DNA from: Candidatus Obscuribacterales bacterium
GTDB taxonomy: Bacteria > Cyanobacteriota > Vampirovibrionia > Obscuribacterales > Obscuribacteraceae
Reading direction: 5' to 3'
DNA: 64,000 nucleotides
Assembly (NCBI GenBank): GCA_965228855.1
Contig: CBDDIJ010000002.1
Span: 1,248,001 to 1,312,000 of the forward strand
The notes under the pieces were generated by a model. That model saw nothing but the letters and a program-made list of their open reading frames with translations, did no database searches and had not been told where the DNA came from. The translations under genes were made by a program, and so were the position numbers. Below, piece by piece: positions 10,401 through 19,588 of this stretch (position 1 is the first letter of the stretch; the number at the start of each line of letters is the position of its first letter).

Positions 10401-11059
10401 TCCTCGCCTGTGCTGATTTTGGCTAGAGCAAGTTCAGCTCGGGCTAACGCCGGATCGAGGTATTTTGCGTAGTCTTGAAATTTCTCTGCATGGACGCGTA
10501 GATTCATTTCTGCAAGAGCTTCTCTGCGACCTTCGCCGACAGTCGGATTGGTGAGAAGTTCGATCAGGTCCAGACTCGCGGCCTGTCCCTGGGCAAGATG
10601 AGTTGTGGCACTCCGCGTGTCCGTTCTATCCGAGAGTTCAACGGCTTTCTCCAGCCAGGTTAGCGACTTTGAAAGTTCGGAATTGTCTGTGCGTAGTTCC
10701 GCTGACGGTGCGGGCGATGCTGGTTTGTCCGACTTAGTCTGTGCGAGTAAGGGATTTTCGGAGCCCACCGTTTCTGGCGGCGCGGCGTCAAACGCTTCCT
10801 TGGATTTCGGCTTCTCGTTTCGTTTGGGCGGGCCCCAGGCTTCTTGCGCCGAGATTTCCCATGCCGTCGGAGTATCGGTCTGAGTTCCGTCGGCGCGGTC
10901 TTCTTCTGCAAGGGGCGTATCTGCATGAGATACACCGGCACGGTCTGCTGCCGCCGCAAGAGTGAGCGTACCGACACGGTCCACCGCCGGTGGCGAATAT
11001 TCTGTTTCAGCAGTGTCGTTAGTAAGTTTGTGCTGTGGTGCCAAGTCTGAAAGATCCAT
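7496..11059 (-). CDS. Large hypothetical membrane-anchored protein with duplicated helical domain, low-complexity repeats and a divergent kinase-like domain
   Basis: ATG at 11059 preceded by AGGAG (ORF-track start 11092 less likely). Two hydrophobic segments (VVTGPVLTAACLYLGY; TLAIGGGVLAIGILSSAVL). Motifs GSEGLAVRL..ILKF and VRTFDYGA. Confidence 0.85.
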   Translation of the reverse strand: MDLSDLAPQHKLTNDTAETEYSPPAVDRVGTLTLAAAADRAGVSHADTPLAEEDRADGTQTDTPTAWEISAQEAWGPPKRNEKPKSKEAFDAAPPETVGSENPLLAQTKSDKPASPAPSAELRTDNSELSKSLTWLEKAVELSDRTDTRSATTHLAQGQAASLDLIELLTNPTVGEGRREALAEMNLRVHAEKFQDYAKYLDPALARAELALAKISTGEDKQIAEGEKTLLAAVARRPELQVDAAFNRKILSAYHKMETSRKSSGLPAWDGELKLTTSGGGTADNTTVDAAMDKANEAYADTGIKAAIPHFETAIREADRLPQDKITEELTELFRKRIVIERSIIAKELREENVDKLLAEHKAAKESEWNKYREHLAPGSTRVNCGLAMIASGDAEMLKRGKAILTEAITKRPELEFSVDYANHLKKAFEAHHQNKPQPAPSDSPGGDLKPASDNPNKPMDKFQVGYKKFETRDLGKAATDLEKDKKVVSYTSDVVTGPVLTAACLYLGYKVAKGRLEAIRARRAAAAGASETNTTTESKVETGTSGETRTEAGTASDTVAKPALQPGESKTEPLSEANKTGTAKPDTATSDALPGTAKPAAPASDALPGTTKPADSTGDFMPAVSKPKSAETDKLPMSERIKTASEEIQPGLKKLYKLARSPENRNKHYDRLVNDLIELDKTGKLDSTMKAYLKKEMVSFLDSDGVEALQDHVENMKPKTAQPTEAMQRPPISAEQRTTATDSAFNQANEAIRQYDQSAMTKNAKEYTNKILEKYFPGVEATEVFAGSEGLAVRLNDGTILKFRPNTEWDASWGHRQLDMPLLSIDSGEPRPMLIGPEGKQWIVYRQPFGETPDPAKVQDFIKAVKRAQGNTGDFGRAVDSASRQVGNYVTPDGRVEVRTFDYGALEIEIGGEHEFSEQDKLDLSKPRPSGSETNRAGTATETSRPGSQNAPSEIAEPPKSDAAKPDVSKPDATKPDASKPDAAKPDAPRPAPAKPDPLLRTTTGGNIDEIPIETSPFEQGSQAQPKVERPATAMEAGKMIEIALPGGIKARMAKADAPRFLDRVEKEFKTSDFGKVIDEMLSDKTRSDEEQKELRELKTRYEQLPPEAKEECKAEFFANLRTQLGLKTETTEAERGRTSRVGRTLAIGGGVLAIGILSSAVLRHMMQRDTSKYEDRIQVEFKKDK
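8094..8173 (-). repeat. Coding tandem repeat, 15-nt unit x5+ encoding KPD(A/V)(A/S/T)
   Basis: gcatc(a/t)ggtttcgNN units seen directly. Confidence 0.9.
9191..9316 (-). repeat. Coding tandem repeat, 42-nt unit x3 encoding GT(A/T)KPxxxxxDxxP
   Basis: agtgccgggcagggcgtcactgg occurs twice, 42 nt apart; third unit is degenerate. Confidence 0.85.
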
Positions 11060-11515
11060 TGGATATCTCCTGAAGTGTGCGCGCAAAGGCAAAGCCGTAT
11101 TGACCGGTTTTGGGTGGGTTGGTCGTCATCTTTGGACGTAATGGATCAGGACTGCAACAAATTCAGCTTGCGTTGCTCCAGGGTATATACAGCCAGCGTC
11201 ATAACTTGGACAATTTTTGCCGCTTATTTTGCTCGAAACTTTGGATATTGCACCGTCTTGCATGCTTGGTGGATATGCGGTTCTCGCCATAGTGGTGTTG
11301 TATCTGGTGACTGTTCGATATAAGCTGCAAGGTGCAAGATCCGCGAACCAGATGTGGTATCACTGTCGCTTGTCAAATTTCTAGTGTATGATGTTGGTCG
11401 AATTCGGCTCTAACTGTGACTTTTATTAGATCGCGTTCACTCGGAAACTTTACCGATATTGCGAACGACTAGAGCTTGGTGAAACTACCGGTGATATCAT
11501 CAGCGAGGTTGGATT

Positions 11516-12520
11516 TTGGACGACTATTATTACAGCGACCAGGACGAAAGCGTTTCCGAGATTCGTGAAACATTGCCTGCTCAAATGGAAGACGGTGTTT
11601 CATACAACCTCCAGGTCGAAACAAAAGTTGAGAACTTCGTTTCAAGAACTTTCCATCTGGATCCACTTGGTGATGCTGGTATTGCAAAAGGTTTCCGTTC
11701 GGATATCTTCGAGAAGCTAAAGAGTGTAAAATTCCCTTCGGAAGTCGCCCAAATGACAGACGCGGATTGTCCAGGTGAGGTCGACCTCGCCGAGGATGGC
11801 GATGATGAAGCCGATTCCGCTGCCGGAGAAGACAGAATCCGCCCCGGAATTAACTCCCCGCAAGTCAGATACGAAACCCTCTGTAACGTGACCACCCGTA
11901 ACAATCAGAAATCCTTTCTCGACCTCTTTCCAAACCGGTTTGCTTCGTGCATCAAACGAGGCAAGGACGGCGACTGGAGAGAAACCAGTCAGTTTCATCA
12001 CCTGTCCGATGAGGAGATGATCGAGTCGATTGAGGGAAGAGCGCCGTTTCTTCGCGCTTGCATGGCTGACAAGGAAACCAGGCTCATCGTCGTGATGATT
12101 GAGCGAGATAGCTACTACCGGACAGTCGAAGGGCTTGCCAAGATTCGCGATTGCTTGCAGTGTATCGGTGTCAATCAGCTTAAGCTGTTCGTCTCGGATG
12201 AATCAGAACAGTGGCAACTGTTCGGTTTCTTCTCCAAGCCGGTCAGCTCCACCAGAATTTCGTCTTTACTGTCATCGTGGCTGCGCCGTAACGGAATTGT
12301 CCCCGGCACCGCCGGCGTGAGCCTGTTTCCGGGACCGGACCCGTTCTGTTTCCCGCTGCAGAAGGGTTTTGCCTGGATTAACGACACCGGTCACACGATT
12401 GTCGCGCGCAACGAAGTTTCACCGGAAGCGGCGCTGGCGTTGTTTATCGCGGACATGGAAAGAACTGAGATTGACGGCGAAGAGCTGATCGAGAGGCTCG
12501 ATCAGGTTCTCAACCAATAG
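11516..12520 (+). CDS. Archaeo-eukaryotic primase (AEP)-like domain protein, catalytic residues apparently lost; acidic N-terminus
   Basis: Motif order FPNRF..W..LSD..LIVVMIERDS..SDESEQWQLF..VSLFP..FPLQKG parallels cyanobacterial AEP-type primase/Rep domains as recalled (hhDhD, SxSGGhHhY, hEhFP, hPhQ). TTG start with GAGG upstream. Confidence 0.55.
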   Translation: MDDYYYSDQDESVSEIRETLPAQMEDGVSYNLQVETKVENFVSRTFHLDPLGDAGIAKGFRSDIFEKLKSVKFPSEVAQMTDADCPGEVDLAEDGDDEADSAAGEDRIRPGINSPQVRYETLCNVTTRNNQKSFLDLFPNRFASCIKRGKDGDWRETSQFHHLSDEEMIESIEGRAPFLRACMADKETRLIVVMIERDSYYRTVEGLAKIRDCLQCIGVNQLKLFVSDESEQWQLFGFFSKPVSSTRISSLLSSWLRRNGIVPGTAGVSLFPGPDPFCFPLQKGFAWINDTGHTIVARNEVSPEAALALFIADMERTEIDGEELIERLDQVLNQ

Positions 12521-12730
12521 CATTCGAGGGGTCTGGTAAAAGGCTTCCGTCTGGTTCTCAAATCAATAAACGTTGGCAAGGATCGAACGCTCCCTGTTTT
12601 GACAAATGATTTCAAGTGTTGGGCATAAATGATCCAGCACTGATAAACTTGGTTTGTTGCAAACGCCTGGTGAAAGACTACTTTCCCTCCGTAAATCTGG
12701 AAACCGCCGCAAGCCTGCGTCGAGGAAACA

Positions 12731-13429
12731 ATGACCCAGCAAGACCTAACACCTCCCGCTGATTTCAGCATGTACGACAAAGTCCGCGAAGATCTGAAAA
12801 AGCGCCGGCCACTACTGGCTGCCACCTTCCAGGGAGATCCGGAAATACTTGCTCGAGTGCGCGAATACGAGCAGCGCTCGGCAGATGTGGCGCAACAAGT
12901 GGGTCTTGTCGCCGCCAAAGGTGAAGATATAGAACGATTGGCGCTGCTCGATCCGGTCACGGAGTTGTATAACCATAGAACTTTCGTTAAGGAACTGAAG
13001 GCTGAGATGGCACGTTCGCGGCGCTACAGTCAGCGCGTCTCGGTTTGCACGCTGATTGTCGATGAGTTTGAACAAATTGGCGCCGACTACGGACCGCTCA
13101 CTCAGGATGCGGTATTGAAGGTGGTGGCGCTTGTGATTCGCAATTCTACTCGCGAAGTCGATATTCCCGCTCGTTATGCGCCCTGGCAGTTCGCTATCGT
13201 GCTTCCCCAGACAAATGCTGCCGGCGCAGCACTTGTTGCTGAACGCATTCGTCAACGTGTGGCCAGTCAGGTCTTTTCACACAACTGGAAGAACTTCTCG
13301 ATCACAGCAAGCATAGGGGTAGCGACCTTTCCGGAGCATGCGCCCGAGTATGATGAACTGGTCGCTCGCTCGATTGAAGCAATGGAATGCGCTGTCGATC
13401 GAGGCGGCGATCGCGTGTTTTCGTTCTAA
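12731..13429 (+). CDS. Degenerate GGDEF-domain protein (likely inactive cyclase, possible c-di-GMP receptor)
   Basis: ALLDPVTELYNHR and ITASIGVATFP hallmarks; A-site reads RYAPWQF instead of RYGGEEF; I-site RxxD (REVD) retained. Confidence 0.85.
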   Translation: MTQQDLTPPADFSMYDKVREDLKKRRPLLAATFQGDPEILARVREYEQRSADVAQQVGLVAAKGEDIERLALLDPVTELYNHRTFVKELKAEMARSRRYSQRVSVCTLIVDEFEQIGADYGPLTQDAVLKVVALVIRNSTREVDIPARYAPWQFAIVLPQTNAAGAALVAERIRQRVASQVFSHNWKNFSITASIGVATFPEHAPEYDELVARSIEAMECAVDRGGDRVFSF

Positions 13430-13474
13430 TTCGGCTTACGCAATAGCGTTCTAAATCCTCTTGCCGTCAGGTGT

Positions 13475-15142
13475 TTATTCAACTGTCGAGGTGGGAGGCT
13501 TCAGCTCATCCTGGTCTTTCGGAGCGCCTGTCATGCGCTTCTTGAACAGATAAGAGCCCTCATCTTCTGCGACAACTTCCCAGAGTGGTTCTCGTTTTAA
13601 TGCCTCTGCAAACGCATAAGGGTCAAAACCGACACGTTTTGGAACAAGAATCCATTCCACTTTGATGTCGTCCAGACGCTTCTGCCATCCTGGTCTGAGC
13701 TGTACGATTGAACCGTAGCGATTGTAGAATTCTTCGCCAAAGAAATCGGCACGATCGTCTATGTAGACGCGCTGATCCAATTTGTATCTCAGTAAACCAC
13801 CCCAGTTATCGTAGTTGAAACCCTTATCGTATGGCAGTTGTGCAGTCTTTATGTATTCCAGAGTCGTTGTTGGCATATCGACCGGGCTGAATCCGGACTT
13901 CAGAAGTTTGGTATCGCCGAAGCCACCACCGATTATCGCTACCACAGAGAGGAAGCTGACGTAACAGATAGGTAGAATGCGCATCTTGCAGAACTGTTCT
14001 TGTGCAGCGAATTCGCGGAATGGTCTGGCGAATTGATCGATAGGTCTTTTCAGCAGTGGAAACACTTCCGAGAGCGGTCGGTTTGTATCATCCAATCGGG
14101 TTTTTGCAAACAGTAGACCAATTGCCGGAACCGAGACAATTGCGAATAGCGGAATGCTTCGCACCGCTGAAAGCGCCATGTGCATCACGAAAAGAGTTAC
14201 AGCAAAATATGGAAGACTTGGACGTTTCTTGCCCACTGCCAGACCTGCCAATAGAAAGGCAATTAAAATTTCGAAGCAGATCGAATGTATGTCATCTAAA
14301 TGGAAGACCGGCGACCGAAACTCATCTGTGTTCGCTAAAATCGTGCTGCCTTTGAGATATTCGAGTATGTAGCCGTGGAGCTTTACTCCGTAAGGGTTTA
14401 TAAGAGTAGTCAGTGAGGCGATTGCGCCACCGATGAAGAAGGTTTTTACCCGAACAAAATTGGCCGCCTTCTGAACGCTTTCAGAGCAAAACCAGTTCGC
14501 TAGAGCGCTCAAGAAATAAATGCCTATTAGAACTATTCCGAGCGGGAATGCCGGATGGCAGTTGACCCAGAGTAACATAAGCAGACCGAGATAGAGCCAG
14601 AGCCTGGTACCGCTGATGGTGCCGCGATAGTAATCTTCCAGTTTCTTCAGGTAGAAGAAAACGCAAACGAGCGTGACTATGTGCGGTCGCGCCAGCCAAT
14701 GTATGGCGGAGGCGAGGATGCCGAAAATAGATACGGTGGTCGTCAGTCCAAGGGGACCGCCATCGGCGCGGGCGCGATCATACATCTTGACCAGCACAAA
14801 TGCGATGGTAGTGGCAACGCCTATCGCCAGCAAGTTTAAACCGCCGGCCATGGTAAGCAGGTAGGCAATCAGGTCGAAAAGCCATTCATAAGCGACCCAG
14901 GCCTTCTCAGGAAATGTGTATGAGAACAAATCGGTAGTCGGAATCGCGCGGTTCTCGAAGATCCACTTGCCGGCCGTCAGGTGCCAGCCTACGGAGGCGT
15001 CTTGAAACATGAAGTCGGGACGTCCAAACAGGAGGACGTGCATGATGCCGATGAAAAGCAGGTCTCCGACGTCCGGCAGCGGAAGCAACTTTGGCTTCTG
15101 CGAGATTGTGTCAGTTTGGGATGTGGTCGTTTCTTCGGTCAC
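13475..15142 (-). CDS. Multi-pass membrane protein, GT-C glycosyltransferase-like
   Basis: About 11-12 hydrophobic segments; DxxVGWHLxxG loop after TM1, WLARPH, LWVNCHP and C-terminal YDNWGG..YIDDRADF motifs. Confidence 0.6.
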   Translation of the reverse strand: MTEETTTSQTDTISQKPKLLPLPDVGDLLFIGIMHVLLFGRPDFMFQDASVGWHLTAGKWIFENRAIPTTDLFSYTFPEKAWVAYEWLFDLIAYLLTMAGGLNLLAIGVATTIAFVLVKMYDRARADGGPLGLTTTVSIFGILASAIHWLARPHIVTLVCVFFYLKKLEDYYRGTISGTRLWLYLGLLMLLWVNCHPAFPLGIVLIGIYFLSALANWFCSESVQKAANFVRVKTFFIGGAIASLTTLINPYGVKLHGYILEYLKGSTILANTDEFRSPVFHLDDIHSICFEILIAFLLAGLAVGKKRPSLPYFAVTLFVMHMALSAVRSIPLFAIVSVPAIGLLFAKTRLDDTNRPLSEVFPLLKRPIDQFARPFREFAAQEQFCKMRILPICYVSFLSVVAIIGGGFGDTKLLKSGFSPVDMPTTTLEYIKTAQLPYDKGFNYDNWGGLLRYKLDQRVYIDDRADFFGEEFYNRYGSIVQLRPGWQKRLDDIKVEWILVPKRVGFDPYAFAEALKREPLWEVVAEDEGSYLFKKRMTGAPKDQDELKPPTSTVE

Positions 15143-15209
15143 GCGAAAACTATGAGAAGTCGTCTCTCAAATCTTGTGCCCAGTATTATGTTTAAGCAAG
15201 CTGTGGGTG

Positions 15210-18200
15210 TCAGGTAATTAAGCCCAGTGCTTGAGAATGGTAGAGCACAGCATCGTTACCCTCGGTCTCAGCCCAGATGCGACCGATAGATTTTAACTCC
15301 TTCTGACCGCGGTAAAAACCAATTTGACGGAGCAGGATTCTGAACGCCTCGCTGTTCCGGTCATTGGTCATTTTAAGGAGTTCTAAGATGATATCTCGGT
15401 TTGCGCTATCTGAGGTGACTATCTCTAAAGCCACAGCTCCGAACGCATCTTGCAGATCTGTCTTTAACAGAGACTTGCACAGCGGTACGAGGTGTCTGGC
15501 GAAACCGCAAGCAGAAATGCTTTTCGCAACCGAAATTAACGGGCGAAGGTTGCGAGTCGCGGCAACATTCAAGAGAAAACTTTCGAGCAGTTCCATATTG
15601 TTTTCTTGAACCGCGTCACAGCAGATTTGTACGATTCTCTCCAGGTCATTTTTCTGAGCCAGTTCGAGAAGCCACGTTCTAGCAAATGAGACATATTCTT
15701 GCTTGTTTAGCGTCTCAATCGCTGAGCGAACGCCGCTGCCATTTTGGAATAATGCCAGTCGCTTCAGTGCGGCTATATTCAAGGTCGCAAGGGTGCTTAG
15801 ATTCGTTTCCAGACCAGGTTTGTTTTCGATGGTATCGCGATAGGTGCCCAGTGCGCGATCGCATAGAGCAACAGTTTCAGTCAGAAGTGCTGTCCGAGCG
15901 GAGGCGGTGGTTCCAGCTGCGGCAAACTCAGCCAGGACTTTGACGAGTTCTTTGTCGCTAGACATGGCCGCGATATGTATGAGTGCTGCTCCTGATCTGA
16001 TGTCCCCTGTTCTTACAATCGAAGTAATCGTTTCCTTTGAAGGAAACATCTGACTGGTGTTTAAGACCGACAGTCCGCAATTATCTATGAGACGATGGAT
16101 GACATTTGTTTTTGAGAATGCTTTCAAGCTCTGCAGAACAACTGCGGCTGAGTCTGGATTGTCCAGTTCCATTATGGGGCGTGCCAATGCGGTCAACTCG
16201 TCATCGGATAAAACTCTGACAAGTTGAATAGTGAGCAGTCTCAAGGTTTCGGATAGTTCCGGCTTGGTAGCCAGCTCCTGTACTAGTGGTATCACAATTG
16301 GTGACTTGCCGCTTGCCAGTAATTTTGTAAAGATTGGAATAATCAGCTCGGGCGGTAGGCATGCGGCCATTCTTCTGAGTACGAGCATGAGCGTGCCTGC
16401 ATCGAACTCCAGCATTGCCAGGGTGACTTCGGATAAAAGTCTCGAATCGTTTTTCAGCTCGGGTTCGAGCAACAGCAGGGCAAGTTTGGGAACGCGAGCC
16501 GGAGTATATGATGTGCGAAGCAGAATCTCAAATTGTTTGCCTATCTGGGTTTCGATAGCGATGGTCCTTATGCACAGCAACGCACGCAAGTGTTTTGCGG
16601 CCTCTTTCAAGTTGCCGGACAACCTTCCGTCGTTTTCCAAGATGCAGGTGTCCAGTATCGCGACGAGTTTTTCCGCGCTTTCTTCTGCGGCCGGCAGCAG
16701 CAAGGCAATTAGCGTTTCCGGCTCCATGCCCCAAGTCCGCAAACTGCGCACAACTGCTTCCAGGTCGCTAAAGTCGTCGCTGCTGGCGAGGTTTAGAATA
16801 AATGTTTTTAGATCGTCTATGCTACTGTATTCTACAAATGTTCTCACGAAGTTCGAGAGCTGATGCACGTCTTGTTTGCGCATCCATTCGAGCAAGTGAG
16901 GGGCGATCTCGTCGCGCATCATCATCATGGCTACAGGACCAGTGTCTTCCAGATACTCGCGGATACTGTTGATTGCGTCGAGGTTTCTTATAATGCCTTC
17001 GGTGGTAGCGCCCGATTTGTTCTTCTGAATTTCCTGCGTCAACTCTCTGTCCAGGCAATCTGCTGCGTGTAGCAGCGCTTGAACAGTTAATGGCGTCATT
17101 GTTTCATCTGCGGCGTTCTGTTCTGCTTCCAATTTTGCGAAGAGCGTCAAAAACTGATGCGGCGCCTGGATTGCAACCGTCGTGAACACTAAAGATAAAG
17201 GCAGGAGTTTTTCTTCGTCCCGGAGACAACCGGCTATCACTGTCAGAAGGCGAGCGTCTCTTTGAGCGATTAAAAATTCGAGCAAGATATGAGCGTTGAG
17301 TTTGTCCGGTGAGAAGAATGTTTCCGACAGAATATTCCAGATCTGTTCATCACTAAACGAACTGAGTGAGTCGAAAAGTTCTCGCTCCAGATCGATGCCA
17401 TAGTCCACGGATAATCGAAGCGCTACGGAGTAACAGTTCAAAGCCGCATCCAGGCGCTTGCGTTTTTTCAGCAAGTCAGCAAGTTCGATTACAACCTCGC
17501 GCACACATTCTTTGGGAACGACGCCACTGGTAGTCGAGACTATCGGCGAGGATAAAATGCTTGAGATGTCCACAGAAGACTCGATACAATCTGCCAGATA
17601 GTTCAAATTTTTTAGGTGGTTCTGTTGGAAGGATCCCCAATCGGCATGGTTATACACAAGTCGTTCACTTCTTTTTATGGATGAGCCCGTCATGCGGTTT
17701 GTTTGCAAGCAGCACGCGCTGAATACGGCTTGAGAGCCGACACCTTTGATACCGGAGGTGATGGCATTTCGTCCGACCTCCTGAAACAGCGCCAGCGCTT
17801 GCCCGAAATCGCTATTCTTTAGGTAAAGACCAGCCAGTCCCAGCATCGCTTCCGAATGTTGCGGTGTCATCTCAATCGTTGTTCGGTTGCTGGACTGGTC
17901 CAGCACAAGTTTGGCGCAGACCAGTACATCGCTCCAGCGAGATTCCTTCGCCTTTTGCATCTCGATTCCTAATGAAGCAAGCATTTCAAAAGTGCTGGTT
18001 CTTTGCAAAAAGAGGTTTCTAAGTTCGGCTTCGATAGCTTTGCCAAACTCAGCACCTGGTTTCCACAGATCCTTTATGAGCTTGTGGGCGCCAGTGACAT
18101 CGCCGGTTTCGTAGCGAATAGCCGCAAGGCAAAGCGCGGCTCTCAATGCTCTGGTTTGTGTATTGGCTGTTTTACTCGCAAGCAAGAAATAGTTGCCCGC

Positions 18201-19532
18201 CAGGGGAATTCGATCTGATAGCGCTGAACAATAACCCAGCCCCATCAGGCACGAGAAGAAGTTGTCATCCTTCTTCCAGTCATGTTTTTCAAGCACTTTA
18301 TAGACTCTCAAGTAAGTGTTGAGCGCTCCATCGTAGTTGCCTTTGTCGAATTGACTGAGCGCAACTTTGAGGTGCTGTCTTGTCCATGTATATGGAGAGA
18401 AGAACAAGTGGATGTCTTCAGCTACTTTTTGCCTGCGTTGGTTTAACTGTGCAAGTTGTTGCGTCGCTGTTTTCCTGTTCTTTTTTCGATTGCTTTTAGC
18501 AACGATGACCGCTTCGTCGTCAATGAAGTCGAAACGGTTCGGCGCTGATGGAGCGGATGTAAGCGTTAAGGAGGGTTGAACCGGCTCGACAGTCTCTAAG
18601 CGGTTCTCGTTTCTGATTGTCGGAAGTAACTGAAGCATTTCTTCAGGACAATCCAGGATTGGTATCGCCGTCGGTGCTGCCCAGAGCATCCTCATTATAA
18701 GCTGTGCGGAGTCACGGATCACTTCCGAGGAGTGTTCCATCAGGATTTTAAACAGTTGCGAATCTTCAGGTCTCGCCAGGTCTGTGCGTTTAAACAGCAA
18801 ACAATCATCGCCGCCCAGGTGTTTTTCGTAAAGCGTCGGATCGATCGCGATCATCAGCAGTGACTTGCTGATCAGCCAGCAGGAGAAATTGTCCACATCC
18901 GGATCGTAGAAGTATTCGTTGCGATCCGGGTGTTGATAGTTCGGATGTCCAAGCTCCAGGCTTGTGCGTCCAAGCAAAGCAGGAACGAACAACGCGTCGT
19001 AATCTACCAGTCGCAAACCTTCCGGCGTTACGATGATGTTGCCGTGCTGCAAATCGCCGTGTCCGATGCCGGCACACTCCATCTCATCCACCAGCTTGTG
19101 AAAGTCTTCGAGCAATCGTTTCATCGCTGCTGAATCGCTATAGTGAGCGTTGACATATTGGTCTAGTGTTTGACCTTCGACCCATGGCATTTTTAGGCAC
19201 GGATACCAGGCGCCCTTAACTTGTACGCCTTGCTCGACGTAGTGAAAATCGATGGTGCATTCGAGGGTGTCGAAAAGCACGAAGTCACTAATGTGTTTAT
19301 ATCTATCCTTTTGATCGAGCCGACTTGTTAGAAAGCATCTTACTGCCCAGCACTTGTCGTCGTTAACGATTTTGTAGACGCTTGCGAATGCCCCGGTCAT
19401 TGAGCGCGGCAAGCCTAACATGTTGGTTTCAATTCGTCCGTTCTTTAAATCCGGGTCGGCGAAGCAGGCATGTGGATTTTGAACGGCTTCATTGTAATCT
19501 TGAGGTGTTGGCCAGAAGTTAATCGTCGACAT
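15210..19532 (-). CDS. Ser/Thr protein kinase-domain protein with TPR and long alpha-solenoid C-terminus
   Basis: N-terminal WPTPQDY..GAFASVYK..WAVRCF..HGDLQHGN..LVDYD..GHPNYQHP; TPR-like helices follow. Start moved to ATG 19532 to avoid overlap with the upstream gene. Confidence 0.8.
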   Translation of the reverse strand: MSTINFWPTPQDYNEAVQNPHACFADPDLKNGRIETNMLGLPRSMTGAFASVYKIVNDDKCWAVRCFLTSRLDQKDRYKHISDFVLFDTLECTIDFHYVEQGVQVKGAWYPCLKMPWVEGQTLDQYVNAHYSDSAAMKRLLEDFHKLVDEMECAGIGHGDLQHGNIIVTPEGLRLVDYDALFVPALLGRTSLELGHPNYQHPDRNEYFYDPDVDNFSCWLISKSLLMIAIDPTLYEKHLGGDDCLLFKRTDLARPEDSQLFKILMEHSSEVIRDSAQLIMRMLWAAPTAIPILDCPEEMLQLLPTIRNENRLETVEPVQPSLTLTSAPSAPNRFDFIDDEAVIVAKSNRKKNRKTATQQLAQLNQRRQKVAEDIHLFFSPYTWTRQHLKVALSQFDKGNYDGALNTYLRVYKVLEKHDWKKDDNFFSCLMGLGYCSALSDRIPLAGNYFLLASKTANTQTRALRAALCLAAIRYETGDVTGAHKLIKDLWKPGAEFGKAIEAELRNLFLQRTSTFEMLASLGIEMQKAKESRWSDVLVCAKLVLDQSSNRTTIEMTPQHSEAMLGLAGLYLKNSDFGQALALFQEVGRNAITSGIKGVGSQAVFSACCLQTNRMTGSSIKRSERLVYNHADWGSFQQNHLKNLNYLADCIESSVDISSILSSPIVSTTSGVVPKECVREVVIELADLLKKRKRLDAALNCYSVALRLSVDYGIDLERELFDSLSSFSDEQIWNILSETFFSPDKLNAHILLEFLIAQRDARLLTVIAGCLRDEEKLLPLSLVFTTVAIQAPHQFLTLFAKLEAEQNAADETMTPLTVQALLHAADCLDRELTQEIQKNKSGATTEGIIRNLDAINSIREYLEDTGPVAMMMMRDEIAPHLLEWMRKQDVHQLSNFVRTFVEYSSIDDLKTFILNLASSDDFSDLEAVVRSLRTWGMEPETLIALLLPAAEESAEKLVAILDTCILENDGRLSGNLKEAAKHLRALLCIRTIAIETQIGKQFEILLRTSYTPARVPKLALLLLEPELKNDSRLLSEVTLAMLEFDAGTLMLVLRRMAACLPPELIIPIFTKLLASGKSPIVIPLVQELATKPELSETLRLLTIQLVRVLSDDELTALARPIMELDNPDSAAVVLQSLKAFSKTNVIHRLIDNCGLSVLNTSQMFPSKETITSIVRTGDIRSGAALIHIAAMSSDKELVKVLAEFAAAGTTASARTALLTETVALCDRALGTYRDTIENKPGLETNLSTLATLNIAALKRLALFQNGSGVRSAIETLNKQEYVSFARTWLLELAQKNDLERIVQICCDAVQENNMELLESFLLNVAATRNLRPLISVAKSISACGFARHLVPLCKSLLKTDLQDAFGAVALEIVTSDSANRDIILELLKMTNDRNSEAFRILLRQIGFYRGQKELKSIGRIWAETEGNDAVLYHSQALGLIT

Positions 19533-19588
19533 GACCTTACATCCGTGAGAGGCGATTTCCTCGAATTCTTTGTAGCGAACCGATGTCC

